This document shows, in pieces, positions 47,415 through 56,239 of a stretch of DNA of 64,000 bases. A program made the position numbers and the translations under genes. This stretch comes from Oscillospiraceae bacterium (GTDB lineage: Bacteria > Bacillota > Clostridia > Oscillospirales > CAG-272): contig SVRZ01000006.1 of the NCBI GenBank assembly GCA_015064555.1, forward strand, positions 13,043 to 77,042, given 5' to 3'. The notes beneath the pieces are model-generated. The model saw only the letters and a program-made list of their open reading frames with translations. It made no database searches and was not told the origin of the DNA. How positions within the stretch are numbered: position 1 is the first letter of the stretch; every line of letters starts with the position of its first letter.

Positions 47415-48500
47415 ATGAAAAAGCTCAGAGTTGGTATCATAGGTGCTACAGGTATGGTAGGCCAGAGATTTATTATGCTCTTATCCGAGCACCCTTATTT
47501 TGAAATTACCGCATTGATAGCAGGCCCCAGATCTATGGGCAAAAGCTATCGTGAGGCGGTTTCGGGAAGGTGGAAGATGACCGCAGAATGTCCCGAGCGT
47601 ATTGCGGAAATGAAGGTAATATCCTCGGAGGATATAGAGGGAGTGAAGGAGCTTGTCGATTTTGTCTTCTGCGCTGTCAATATGCCAAAGGACGAAACGA
47701 AGAAGCTCGAGGAGGCATATGCATCGGCAGAGATCCCCGTTGTTTCCAATAATTCCGCAAACAGATGGACGCCCGACGTTCCCATGGTCATCCCGGAGGT
47801 AAACGATGCTCATCTTGCGGTCATTCCCTCTCAGAGAAAAAGACTTGGAACAAAGAAGGGCTTCATAGCCGTCAAGCCGAATTGCTCCATTCAGTCGTAC
47901 GTCGGAGCGCTGGCACCCCTGCGTAAGTACGGAATAAGAGAGGTCGTTGCCACCACCTATCAGGCGATAAGCGGAGCAGGCAAGACCTTCAACGAGTGGC
48001 CCGAAATGATAGATAACCTGATTCCGTATATCGGCGGCGAGGAGGAGAAGAGCGAGCGCGAGCCGCTACGCGTCTTCGGTGATGTGAAGGACGGTGTGAT
48101 AGTACCCGCAGAGGAGCCTGTGATAACCACTCAGTGTCTGAGAGTCCCCGTAACCGACGGACATATGGCTGCCGTTTTCGTAAAGTTCGATAATCCTCCC
48201 ACTAAGGAGCAGATACTCGATGATTGGAGAAGCTATGAGGGAAAGCCTCAGCTCCTCGGTCTGCCCTCGGCTCCCGAGCATTTTCTCACTTATTTTGAGG
48301 AGGACAACAGACCTCAGACGGGGCTTGACAGGGATCTTTACGGCGGAATGGGTGTTTCTCTCGGCAGACTCAGAGAGGACACCGTATACGATTTTAAATT
48401 TGTCGGTCTTTCTCACAATACGCTTCGCGGAGCGGCAGGCGGTGCGGTGCTTATCGCAGAGCTTCTTTACCGCGAGGGCTATCTTACGGGTGAAAAATGA
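47415..48500 (+). CDS. asd: Aspartate-semialdehyde dehydrogenase
   Basis: GATGMVGQ, KPNCS, QAISGAG, RVPV.DGH and SHNT.RGAAG motifs; start at the ATG after GGAGG. Confidence 0.95.
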   Translation: MKKLRVGIIGATGMVGQRFIMLLSEHPYFEITALIAGPRSMGKSYREAVSGRWKMTAECPERIAEMKVISSEDIEGVKELVDFVFCAVNMPKDETKKLEEAYASAEIPVVSNNSANRWTPDVPMVIPEVNDAHLAVIPSQRKRLGTKKGFIAVKPNCSIQSYVGALAPLRKYGIREVVATTYQAISGAGKTFNEWPEMIDNLIPYIGGEEEKSEREPLRVFGDVKDGVIVPAEEPVITTQCLRVPVTDGHMAAVFVKFDNPPTKEQILDDWRSYEGKPQLLGLPSAPEHFLTYFEEDNRPQTGLDRDLYGGMGVSLGRLREDTVYDFKFVGLSHNTLRGAAGGAVLIAELLYREGYLTGEK

Positions 48501-49399
48501 ACATAAGCAAATATAAGGCGCTTCTTACCGCGGTGGATATGGGCTCGTTTTCCGCCGCGGCATCCGCGCTCGGATATACCCAGTCGGGTATGACGCATAT
48601 GATGAACAGCCTCGAGGAGGAGATCGGCTTTCCGATACTTCAGCGAGGCTATTTCGGTGTGAAGCTTACGGCGGCGGGCGAGAAAATAATCCCAAGGATA
48701 AGAGAGCTCGTCAACTGCGAGGACGCCCTCTATAACGAAATAGAGCTTGTGCGCTCCTATGGCGGTAACGTAATAAGGATAGGCGCATATTCAAGCCTTG
48801 CCACACATTGGCTGCCCAGCATCATCGAAAGATTCAATAACGAGTTTCCGGATATAACCGTCAATATCCAGACAGGCACGGTGGACGAGCTCTATTCGGG
48901 GCTTGAAACGGGCAGATTCGATATGGTATTCGGAAGCAGAAACAACAAGTACGATTTCAAATGGATACATCTTGCAAAGGACCGCTTCTATGCCGTTTTG
49001 CCGAAGGACTATCCCTTGGAGAACCCGAATGAGTTCCGCCTCGCGGGCTTCAACGGCACAAAGTTCCTTATGCCCGGACTCGGCTTTGATGCGGATATAA
49101 GCCTTGTATTCTCCGAGAACTCGGTGAAGCCATTCGTAACCCAGACTTACGTTGACGATCCTGCGATAATTTCTATGGTAGAGCACAGGTACGGAATAAG
49201 CATGCTCTCGGCGCTGATCATTTCGGACAGGCTGAACGACAATGTGAGCTTCGTGCCCATCGTCCCCGAGGTCAACCGTTATCTCTCGATAGCATACAGA
49301 CACGATTATATGCTCTCCTCGGTGGCAAAACGGCTGATTTCTATTACAAAGGAGTACGTCAGCAGCTATAAAACGGTGTATTTTGGTGATTTTGAATAA
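48497..49399 (+). CDS. LysR family transcriptional regulator
   Basis: GSFSAAA..LGYTQS..TH...SLE.E.G HTH; LT.AG; substrate-binding domain. Confidence 0.93.
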   Translation: MNISKYKALLTAVDMGSFSAAASALGYTQSGMTHMMNSLEEEIGFPILQRGYFGVKLTAAGEKIIPRIRELVNCEDALYNEIELVRSYGGNVIRIGAYSSLATHWLPSIIERFNNEFPDITVNIQTGTVDELYSGLETGRFDMVFGSRNNKYDFKWIHLAKDRFYAVLPKDYPLENPNEFRLAGFNGTKFLMPGLGFDADISLVFSENSVKPFVTQTYVDDPAIISMVEHRYGISMLSALIISDRLNDNVSFVPIVPEVNRYLSIAYRHDYMLSSVAKRLISITKEYVSSYKTVYFGDFE

Positions 49400-49452
49400 A
49401 ATACAGCCGTCATTTTTGGCACATCCGAAGCCATCATTCGGCTTATATCCTC

Positions 49453-49481
49453 TTGACTTTTCATATAATAAAATGTATAAT
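49453..49481 (+). promoter_or_regulatory. Sigma-A promoter of the lipoprotein operon
   Basis: TTGACT-17-TATAAT. Confidence 0.65.
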
Positions 49482-49524
49482 TATAATAGTTAACCATATT
49501 TATACTAAATTTACGAGGTGTGAT

Positions 49525-50181
49525 ATGAAAAAAATTATTTGCCTGTTAATGGTTTTTGCATGCATGTTCTCCATGGCATCCTGCAATCTGTTTAACAAAG
49601 ATAACGGCGATGGCGAGGTTAAATCCGACGTTGCAAAGATCTCCGACATCATCGCTGAATCTCAACCCACAAGGATCGTTTCTCACTCTGATTATCAGAT
49701 TACCGGCGGAAAGCTTCTCAAGGGTATCTACACCACTCAGGTGGACAGAGTAAGCGGAAAGTCTCAGTTTGATTTCTCTTACGTAAAGAGAGCTGATGTT
49801 GCCGATATGAATCCTGCAGGAAGCTACGTGTCCGTTGAGGGTACTGTATGCTACAATGCGGACGGAAGTGTTTCCTCCGAGATCGGCGATGCATGGCTGA
49901 GCAGCGGAACCGGATATCTTCCCTATAGCCTTTCCATAGCAGAGGTAAGATTTGAATCCTACACTGTATCCGAGGATAAGAATACGCTCACCGCAGAGAT
50001 AACCTCCGCGGAGTCCAGAAGAGTATTCGGTGTGCAGATAGAGTCAGAGGGAAATATAACCCTTACCATTGAGACCGACGGCACGTATCTCCATTACGTT
50101 ACCGTTTCTTATGCCACCGAAAATGCAACCGTTACTGTAAAGACCTCTTATGATTACGGTCTCGTAACGCTTGATTTTTAA
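49525..50181 (+). CDS. Hypothetical lipoprotein (paralog 1 of 3)
   Basis: MKKII...MASC lipobox; beta-rich body. Confidence 0.8.
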   Translation: MKKIICLLMVFACMFSMASCNLFNKDNGDGEVKSDVAKISDIIAESQPTRIVSHSDYQITGGKLLKGIYTTQVDRVSGKSQFDFSYVKRADVADMNPAGSYVSVEGTVCYNADGSVSSEIGDAWLSSGTGYLPYSLSIAEVRFESYTVSEDKNTLTAEITSAESRRVFGVQIESEGNITLTIETDGTYLHYVTVSYATENATVTVKTSYDYGLVTLDF

Positions 50182-50214
50182 CGCCAGCAATTGATTTTTG
50201 AAAGGAATAGAAAA

Positions 50215-50991
50215 ATGAAGAAGATCTTAGCTATTTTTCTGATGCTCGCTTGCGTGCTCTCTTTTGCCTCCTGCAATATCACCAATATCTTTAACAAGAA
50301 TAACGGTAATGGCGGCGGCAATGGCGGACAGACAAATACCGATGTTATTTCCAATTACAAAAATATGTACGCAGCAAGCGTACCCACCAAGTCGGTAACC
50401 ACTATTACCGAGGCTTATGAGAAGAACACTCTTGTGAGTGTTCACAGCCTTACCACCGGTCAGATCGACGGCAAGGTAGCAACCCGTCTTGACAGCACCG
50501 TTCAGACGCTTAATGACGTTTCGCTCGATGATGCTAACAAGCTTACCCTTAACCCCATCCGCACTCAGAAGTCCAGCCAGTGGTACTATGAGGGCAAGGG
50601 CGTTTCCTACAACAGCGGTAAAACCTGGGATGAAAATGGCGTTAACTTTGCTCCCGTAGCAGGCTCTATATCTATAAACCTTGACGAATCCAACTTCAAG
50701 TCTGTTAACCACACCGTTGAGGGTGGAGTCGAGACTCTCGTTCTTGAGGTCGATGCAGACAAGATGGACGTAGTTCTCAGCAACTTTATGTATGAGGGCC
50801 AGACCTTTGGATACGATGCTACCGTAACTATAGTATCGGCAGGCGGACGTATTTCTTCTATCCTTATCGAGTACGTTGTTGAGCAGTACGAGATAGGCGA
50901 AATGGATACCGAGGTCGTTATAAGCGAGATAAATATGTCCATAAGAGTTGATTATTCATACGACCTTCAGGACATAAGCTTCGATAACTGA
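50215..50991 (+). CDS. Hypothetical lipoprotein (paralog 2 of 3)
   Basis: MKKIL...FASC lipobox; N/G-rich linker; beta-rich body. Confidence 0.8.
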   Translation: MKKILAIFLMLACVLSFASCNITNIFNKNNGNGGGNGGQTNTDVISNYKNMYAASVPTKSVTTITEAYEKNTLVSVHSLTTGQIDGKVATRLDSTVQTLNDVSLDDANKLTLNPIRTQKSSQWYYEGKGVSYNSGKTWDENGVNFAPVAGSISINLDESNFKSVNHTVEGGVETLVLEVDADKMDVVLSNFMYEGQTFGYDATVTIVSAGGRISSILIEYVVEQYEIGEMDTEVVISEINMSIRVDYSYDLQDISFDN

Positions 50992-51029
50992 GATTCTGTC
51001 CAATGCTATAGATTGAAAGGAATGAAAAA

Positions 51030-51635
51030 ATGAAAAAGATATTTTCTGTAATTCTTGTTCTTACATGCATGCTTGCACTCTTCTCTTGTGAGCTTCCGTT
51101 TGGTATCGGCGGCGGTAACAATAACGGTGGCGATACTCCCACAGGTGTTGCGGCATTCAATGAGGCTATTGCAAATACCAATGCTTCCAACGTTGTAGTT
51201 GAAACTGTAGTAAACAGTGATCTCGGTGAGCTTAACTCCAGATACGAGATAGTTTACAAGGAGGATGGCTCCGCAACCATCACCTATCATTATGAGAAGT
51301 TCAATCTTATCGGCGAGGGCGCTGATAATGAGATAAAGAGCGAGTTCGACGGAACTGTTACCCGTAATGCAGACGGTACTTATACCGGCGATATGGGTGA
51401 CGTTGATCTCAGCGGCGTTACCGCAGGCTTCAAGGTTGATCTCTCCTCTCTTGAGGTCACTATCAACGAGGCAGGTGACGTTCTTACAGCAACCGTTCCC
51501 GCAGCAAGCACCGAGGCAGTTCTCGGCTCTGCATTCTCGGAGGACGTTGCACTCGAGGTAAGCATTGCAGGCGGCGCTGTTAAGCAGATCGCTCTTACCT
51601 TCGCAAGCGGAAGCGCTACCTATACATACGATTAA
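51030..51635 (+). CDS. Hypothetical lipoprotein (paralog 3 of 3)
   Basis: MKKIF...LFSC lipobox; G/N-rich linker; beta-rich body. Confidence 0.8.
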   Translation: MKKIFSVILVLTCMLALFSCELPFGIGGGNNNGGDTPTGVAAFNEAIANTNASNVVVETVVNSDLGELNSRYEIVYKEDGSATITYHYEKFNLIGEGADNEIKSEFDGTVTRNADGTYTGDMGDVDLSGVTAGFKVDLSSLEVTINEAGDVLTATVPAASTEAVLGSAFSEDVALEVSIAGGAVKQIALTFASGSATYTYD

Positions 51636-51671
51636 TTGCGTCCGGAGCCTTTCGGCAAAAACGGATAAAAA

Positions 51672-51715
51672 TAAAACAAGCGAGCGAGCAGTTTTTTGCT
51701 CGCTCGCTTGTTTTA
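51672..51715 (+). terminator. Terminator of the lipoprotein operon
   Basis: Perfect 19-bp inverted repeat TAAAACAAGCGAGCGAGCA/TGCTCGCTCGCTTGTTTTA. Confidence 0.85.
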
Positions 51716-51748
51716 CCTCGTGCCTCCTTACATATTTTATAAAAGCTC

Positions 51749-51777
51749 TTGATTTTTTACTTCGATTGTGATAACAT
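51749..51777 (+). promoter_or_regulatory. Sigma-A promoter upstream of the structured leader
   Basis: TTGATT-17-TAACAT with TG extension. Confidence 0.5.
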
Positions 51778-51781
51778 AATA

Positions 51782-51999
51782 TTGCCAAACAATCTCAATA
51801 TTCGCAGTTATAGTTTTTCTCTTAAAAAAGAGAAGCTATAGCTTTTTTCGTCATACTTCCGGGAATAATCGTTTTGGTAAAAACGCGGCTCCTGCTCCCG
51901 GGTGTATGCTAAGCCTATACTGCGAAGAGATTGTTTGGCGACAATTGGAGTTCTGCGTTTTTCAGTGCGGCAACTTCGGTTGTCGCACTTTTATATTTA
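51782..51999 (+). ncRNA. Candidate structured cis-regulatory leader RNA or attenuator (family not identified)
   Basis: 15-bp closing stem 51782-51796/51927-51941, 8-bp stem 51801-51808/51919-51926, inner stems, then a UUCG-loop hairpin 51964-51989 plus U-rich tail just before the RBS. Confidence 0.6.
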
Positions 52000-52010
52000 A
52001 GGAGGAAACT

Positions 52011-54395
52011 ATGAAAAAAAGAATTCTTTTTGCCTCGGTATGCTTGGCTATGCTTTTGGTCCTTGCCTCATGCGATTTCTTTAAGCACAAGCACGCACCG
52101 AGCGATGCGGTGAGAGAAAACGAGGTCGCCGCCACCTGTCAATCGAGCGGCAGTTATGATGAAGTTGTCTATTGTTCTTCATGCGGTGAAGAAATGAGCA
52201 GAACTCAACAAACGGTGGATCGGATATCCGAGCATAAGCCTGCAGAACCTGTCAGAGAAAACGAGGTCGCCGCGACCTGTAACTCGTTTGGCAGCTATGA
52301 TAAGGTGATTTATTGCGCTTTCTCTGATTGCGGTGCCGAACTCAGCAGAGAAGTGAAGGTGATAGAGAAGAACGATCATTCGCCCGATGATCCGGTAATT
52401 GAAAATAAGATCGATGCCACCTGCACCGAGGGCGGTAGCTATAATGAGGTTGTTTATTGCGCTGTTTGCGAGGAGGAGCTATCGCATAGCAGCAAGACAA
52501 TAGAAAAGTACGGGCACGATTACGTTGACGGAAAATGCCTCGGATGCGGAGAAAATAAAGAAAATCTTGATCTGGAATTTATCTTGAATAGCGACAGCAT
52601 GGGATATAGCATTAGCGGTATTGGTAAAAGCACAGTATCGCATATAGCTATTCCTTCGGTTTATGAGGACCTTCCTGTGACGACAATTTTGAGCGGTGCC
52701 TTTTCCGAGGGAACGTATATCAAGAGTATAACAGTTCCTTCAAGCATAACCTTAATTGAGGGAGGTGCATTTTCCGGATGCTCATCTCTCGAAAGCATAG
52801 TTCTTCCGTTTGTTGGAGAAAGAATAAAAACCTCGGCAGACAAGTATCAGTATCCGCTGGGGTATATATTCGGAACAACCGAGTATGAAGGATCTGTCGC
52901 TACAGCGCAACGCTATAGAGGAAGCTCTGCAAGTACTACTCAATATACCGAGACGACATTTTATATCCCAAAAGCTTTAAAGAACGTGACTGTTACGGGT
53001 GGAGATATTCTTTACGGCGCTTTTTACGGCTGTAATCATCTTGTAACCGTTAAAATTCCCAATGTTACTTCGATAGGTCGCTCTGCGTTTAATAGGTGCA
53101 CGGCACTCAGAGATTTTGTTATCCCTGAGAGCGTTACCGATATCGGTGTTTATGCGTTTTTATATTGCTCTTCGTTGAAAGAGATCGTTATACCGGATGC
53201 GGTAAGTGTGATCTGTGACAATGCATTTGAATATTGCACAAATCTTAAAAGCATATCGCTGGGCAAGGGGATTAAGGATATAGGCAGTTATGCTTTTTCG
53301 AATTGCACCAATATTCAATACATATATTTCAATGGCTCGAATATGAATAATTCATACAAGAATAATTATATTTTCCAGTGCATTGGTCAGAGCGGTCCCG
53401 GCATAAATCTTGTTATAGGGTCTGACGCAACCGTAATTCCGGCGTATTTATTCGCTCCGTCCAATTCCGTTGCTGTTGCACCTAAAATAGTCAGCGTGGA
53501 ATTTGAGGAAAAAAGCATATGCCAGTCGATTGGAGTGTGCTCATTCTGGTCTTGCGCTTTTCTTGAAAATATAACGATCCCCGAATCTGTAACACAAATC
53601 GGGGAATGGGCATTCAGATATTGCACGGGACTTCAAAGCATCACAATTCCAGGTAACGTGTTAAGCATAGGCGATGCGGCATTTTATCACTGTGTTAGTC
53701 TGGAAAGTGTAACAATGGAAAAGGGAATTAAAAGCATCGGCAGCTCGGCATTTTACGAATGCTATAGACTGGCAACCATAACAATTCCCGAAGGAATCGT
53801 TACTATTAATGCTTCGGCATTTACCTCTTGCTATAAGCTTTTAGAGGTGATAAATAAGTCATCGCTGGCGATAACGGCAGGCTCTGAGGATTTTGGAGGA
53901 GTAGCATATTATGCCATGGAGGTACACTCCGGAGATAGCAAAATAGTCAACAGAAACGGATATTTGTTCTATAAATATCAGGATCGTAACTATCTTATCG
54001 ATTATGTTGGTGAAGATACAGAGCTGTTGCTTCCCGAAAGCTTTGATGGCGAGTGCTATGAAATTTATGATTATGCATTTTATCTGCGCAGTGATATAAA
54101 GAATGTGGTTATCTCAAAAGGGGTAACCGGCATTGGAAGAATGGCGTTCTTGGGATGCACGGGATTAACCAATATAACAATACCCGAGAGTGTGACTTAT
54201 ATCGGAGCTTATGCTTTTCAGAATTGCAGTAATTTGAAATATGTTACGTTCGCTATAGTAAACGGTTGGTGGATAAACACCGTATCAGATGCATCGAACG
54301 GAACGTATATTTTCTCCGATTACAATGGAAACACATCCCAAGCTGCAGAATGTCTGAAATCAACTTACTGTAAATATTACTGGTATCGTGATTGA
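52011..54395 (+). CDS. BspA-type leucine-rich repeat (LRR_5) surface lipoprotein with N-terminal Cys/His repeats
   Basis: LASC lipobox; many IP.SVT.IG..AF..C..L repeats; three ATC...G.Y..V.YC..C repeats; AAGGAGG RBS. Confidence 0.9.
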   Translation: MKKRILFASVCLAMLLVLASCDFFKHKHAPSDAVRENEVAATCQSSGSYDEVVYCSSCGEEMSRTQQTVDRISEHKPAEPVRENEVAATCNSFGSYDKVIYCAFSDCGAELSREVKVIEKNDHSPDDPVIENKIDATCTEGGSYNEVVYCAVCEEELSHSSKTIEKYGHDYVDGKCLGCGENKENLDLEFILNSDSMGYSISGIGKSTVSHIAIPSVYEDLPVTTILSGAFSEGTYIKSITVPSSITLIEGGAFSGCSSLESIVLPFVGERIKTSADKYQYPLGYIFGTTEYEGSVATAQRYRGSSASTTQYTETTFYIPKALKNVTVTGGDILYGAFYGCNHLVTVKIPNVTSIGRSAFNRCTALRDFVIPESVTDIGVYAFLYCSSLKEIVIPDAVSVICDNAFEYCTNLKSISLGKGIKDIGSYAFSNCTNIQYIYFNGSNMNNSYKNNYIFQCIGQSGPGINLVIGSDATVIPAYLFAPSNSVAVAPKIVSVEFEEKSICQSIGVCSFWSCAFLENITIPESVTQIGEWAFRYCTGLQSITIPGNVLSIGDAAFYHCVSLESVTMEKGIKSIGSSAFYECYRLATITIPEGIVTINASAFTSCYKLLEVINKSSLAITAGSEDFGGVAYYAMEVHSGDSKIVNRNGYLFYKYQDRNYLIDYVGEDTELLLPESFDGECYEIYDYAFYLRSDIKNVVISKGVTGIGRMAFLGCTGLTNITIPESVTYIGAYAFQNCSNLKYVTFAIVNGWWINTVSDASNGTYIFSDYNGNTSQAAECLKSTYCKYYWYRD
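52092..52550 (+). repeat. Three ~47-aa Cys/His repeats plus a partial unit
   Basis: H.P...V.EN...ATC...G.Y..V.YC..C..E.S x3, then HDYVDGKCLGCG. Confidence 0.85.
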
Positions 54396-54417
54396 CCCGC
54401 GTTAAGAAATGAAAGCC

Positions 54418-54463
54418 GTCAAGAGGCTAGCCAAGATTTTTAAAACTTGGCTAGCCTCTTGAC
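54418..54463. terminator. Bidirectional terminator/hairpin
   Basis: Perfect 18-bp inverted repeat GTCAAGAGGCTAGCCAAG/CTTGGCTAGCCTCTTGAC between convergent genes. Confidence 0.75.
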
Positions 54464-54511
54464 TCGTTTTAATAGTGAAATACGGTGATATTGGACGTAT
54501 TGGGATGGCAG

Positions 54512-55243
54512 TCATTGAGCACCATTGAGATAAATAAGCTCTTTGTAAGCATTTTCGTCAACTCTGTTAAGAGTTATAGGAGTAACCGAGATGTATCCCG
54601 CTTCGACTGCGACAACGTCGCGCGAAAGATCGTCCGGGAAAAGATCGGGAACTCTGTCGCCCGTCTGAATGTAGAGGTTATCGGACAGATGCTCAAAGCC
54701 GTCGTTGAAGTAGGGCGAGCCCTGCCTCGTTATACGTATGCCCTCTGCCGAGTTAGGGATATTCACGTTGTAGATAAGAGCTTTATCGAAGAGGCTGCCG
54801 CCCTCGAAGAATGAATAGATCCGATCGAGCTGCGCGGAGGCGTATTCAAGATTGTCGGGATAGGTGGATATCGCTATTGCTCTGTGATCCCAGTATGCCG
54901 CCTCGAATGCCGCGGCAACAGTGCCCGAGTAAACTATATCAACTCCCATATTAACGCCGCGGTTGATGCCGGAGAGCACAAGATCGTAGTCTTCCTTCAG
55001 CCCCATTATTCCGAAGCGGACGCAGTCCGCAGGAGTGGAATCCATAGAAAAGGCGCGCACTCCGGGGAAGACATCCACCTCTTGTATCTCGATGGGGGTA
55101 GTGAAATTTATTCCGTGGCTTTTTCCGCTTTGCTCGGTCTTAGGTGCAACGACGGTGACCTCGCCTTTAGTCTTAGCCCATTCCACAAGTGGAATGATAC
55201 CGGGGGCAAATATGCCGTCATCGTTGGTTATGAGTATCTTCAT
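54512..55243 (-). CDS. surE: 5'/3'-nucleotidase SurE
   Basis: ILITNDDGI.APGI, VVAP..EQSG, TPADCV and SGINRG.N.G....YSGTVAAA motifs. Confidence 0.95.
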   Translation of the reverse strand: MKILITNDDGIFAPGIIPLVEWAKTKGEVTVVAPKTEQSGKSHGINFTTPIEIQEVDVFPGVRAFSMDSTPADCVRFGIMGLKEDYDLVLSGINRGVNMGVDIVYSGTVAAAFEAAYWDHRAIAISTYPDNLEYASAQLDRIYSFFEGGSLFDKALIYNVNIPNSAEGIRITRQGSPYFNDGFEHLSDNLYIQTGDRVPDLFPDDLSRDVVAVEAGYISVTPITLNRVDENAYKELIYLNGAQ

Positions 55244-56217
55244 ATCCAGCCCTCATTCTCGTTTTTGTACTTACCGAGCAGCTCGTCTGCCTCGGCGAGA
55301 AGAGCCTTCATTTCTTTTTTGGAGTATACGGTTGCGCCTGCCGCACAGGCATGACCACCGCCGTTATATCTGTTTGCAAGCTCGCTCACGGTGACAAAGC
55401 GCGAGCGAAGACGCACGCGTATCTCGTCATCTCCCTCTATAAACGCTATCCATATAAGACAGCCGCGGAGAGAGTCGAGATGCGATACCACAGCGGATGC
55501 ATCCTCCTTCGAGAGCTTGAATTTCTTCTGCATTCTTTTGCTGACGAATATTGAAACGACGCCGTTTTCGGAAATAACAGCCTTTGATTTTGCATATGCT
55601 TCGAATTTGAATGCCTTTATCGAATCGGTGTAAAGATTCGAGTAAAGAGAGTCGGTATCTATTCCGACGTCGAGAAGCATTCCCGCAAGGCGCATAGTGT
55701 CACCCGAGACCTCACGGTATCTGAATCTTCCGGAATCGGTTACCATACCGCAGTAGATATAGGTTGCCGCCTCGGAGGTGATCTTAAGCTCATCGCGGAA
55801 GCATTCGTAGAATGCGGCTATCATTTCGCAGGAGGAGGAGCGATGCTCCTCTATCCATTCAAGATCGGCATAGCTGCTTCCGTCCGGAATGTGATGGTCT
55901 ATCTTTATGATCTTCTCGCAGAGCTCGAATTTCTTATTCGATATGCGCTTTGCCACGGACGTGTCGATAACTATTCCGAGCGCATCCTTGTAGTATTCGT
56001 CCTCCTGCGGTGCATCCTCACCGCCGAAAAAGGCGAGGTAATCCGAATAATCGGCATTGAGGAGCATTATTTCCTTCTCGGGATAGGTCGCTCTGAGGAT
56101 CGCCTGTAGTCCCTTTGTTGAGCCGATGGCATCTCCATCGGGGCGAAAATGCCTGAATATAATTATCTTTTTATATTCCTTGATAGTATCAAGGATCTGT
56201 CTCATTTCTTCCTTCAT
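55240..56217 (-). CDS. DHH/DHHA1 phosphoesterase (NrnA-like)
   Basis: RH.RPDGDA, DHH, TDSGRF and GGGHA.A.G motifs. Confidence 0.92.
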   Translation of the reverse strand: MKEEMRQILDTIKEYKKIIIFRHFRPDGDAIGSTKGLQAILRATYPEKEIMLLNADYSDYLAFFGGEDAPQEDEYYKDALGIVIDTSVAKRISNKKFELCEKIIKIDHHIPDGSSYADLEWIEEHRSSSCEMIAAFYECFRDELKITSEAATYIYCGMVTDSGRFRYREVSGDTMRLAGMLLDVGIDTDSLYSNLYTDSIKAFKFEAYAKSKAVISENGVVSIFVSKRMQKKFKLSKEDASAVVSHLDSLRGCLIWIAFIEGDDEIRVRLRSRFVTVSELANRYNGGGHACAAGATVYSKKEMKALLAEADELLGKYKNENEGWI

Positions 56218-56239
56218 ATTATATATACCCTGTCTTTAT

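Noticed and set aside
51906-52010. 35-codon in-frame N-terminal extension of the LRR gene
   Set aside because: No RBS at 51906, whereas 52011 has AAGGAGG and begins a typical lipoprotein signal peptide; the region is structured RNA
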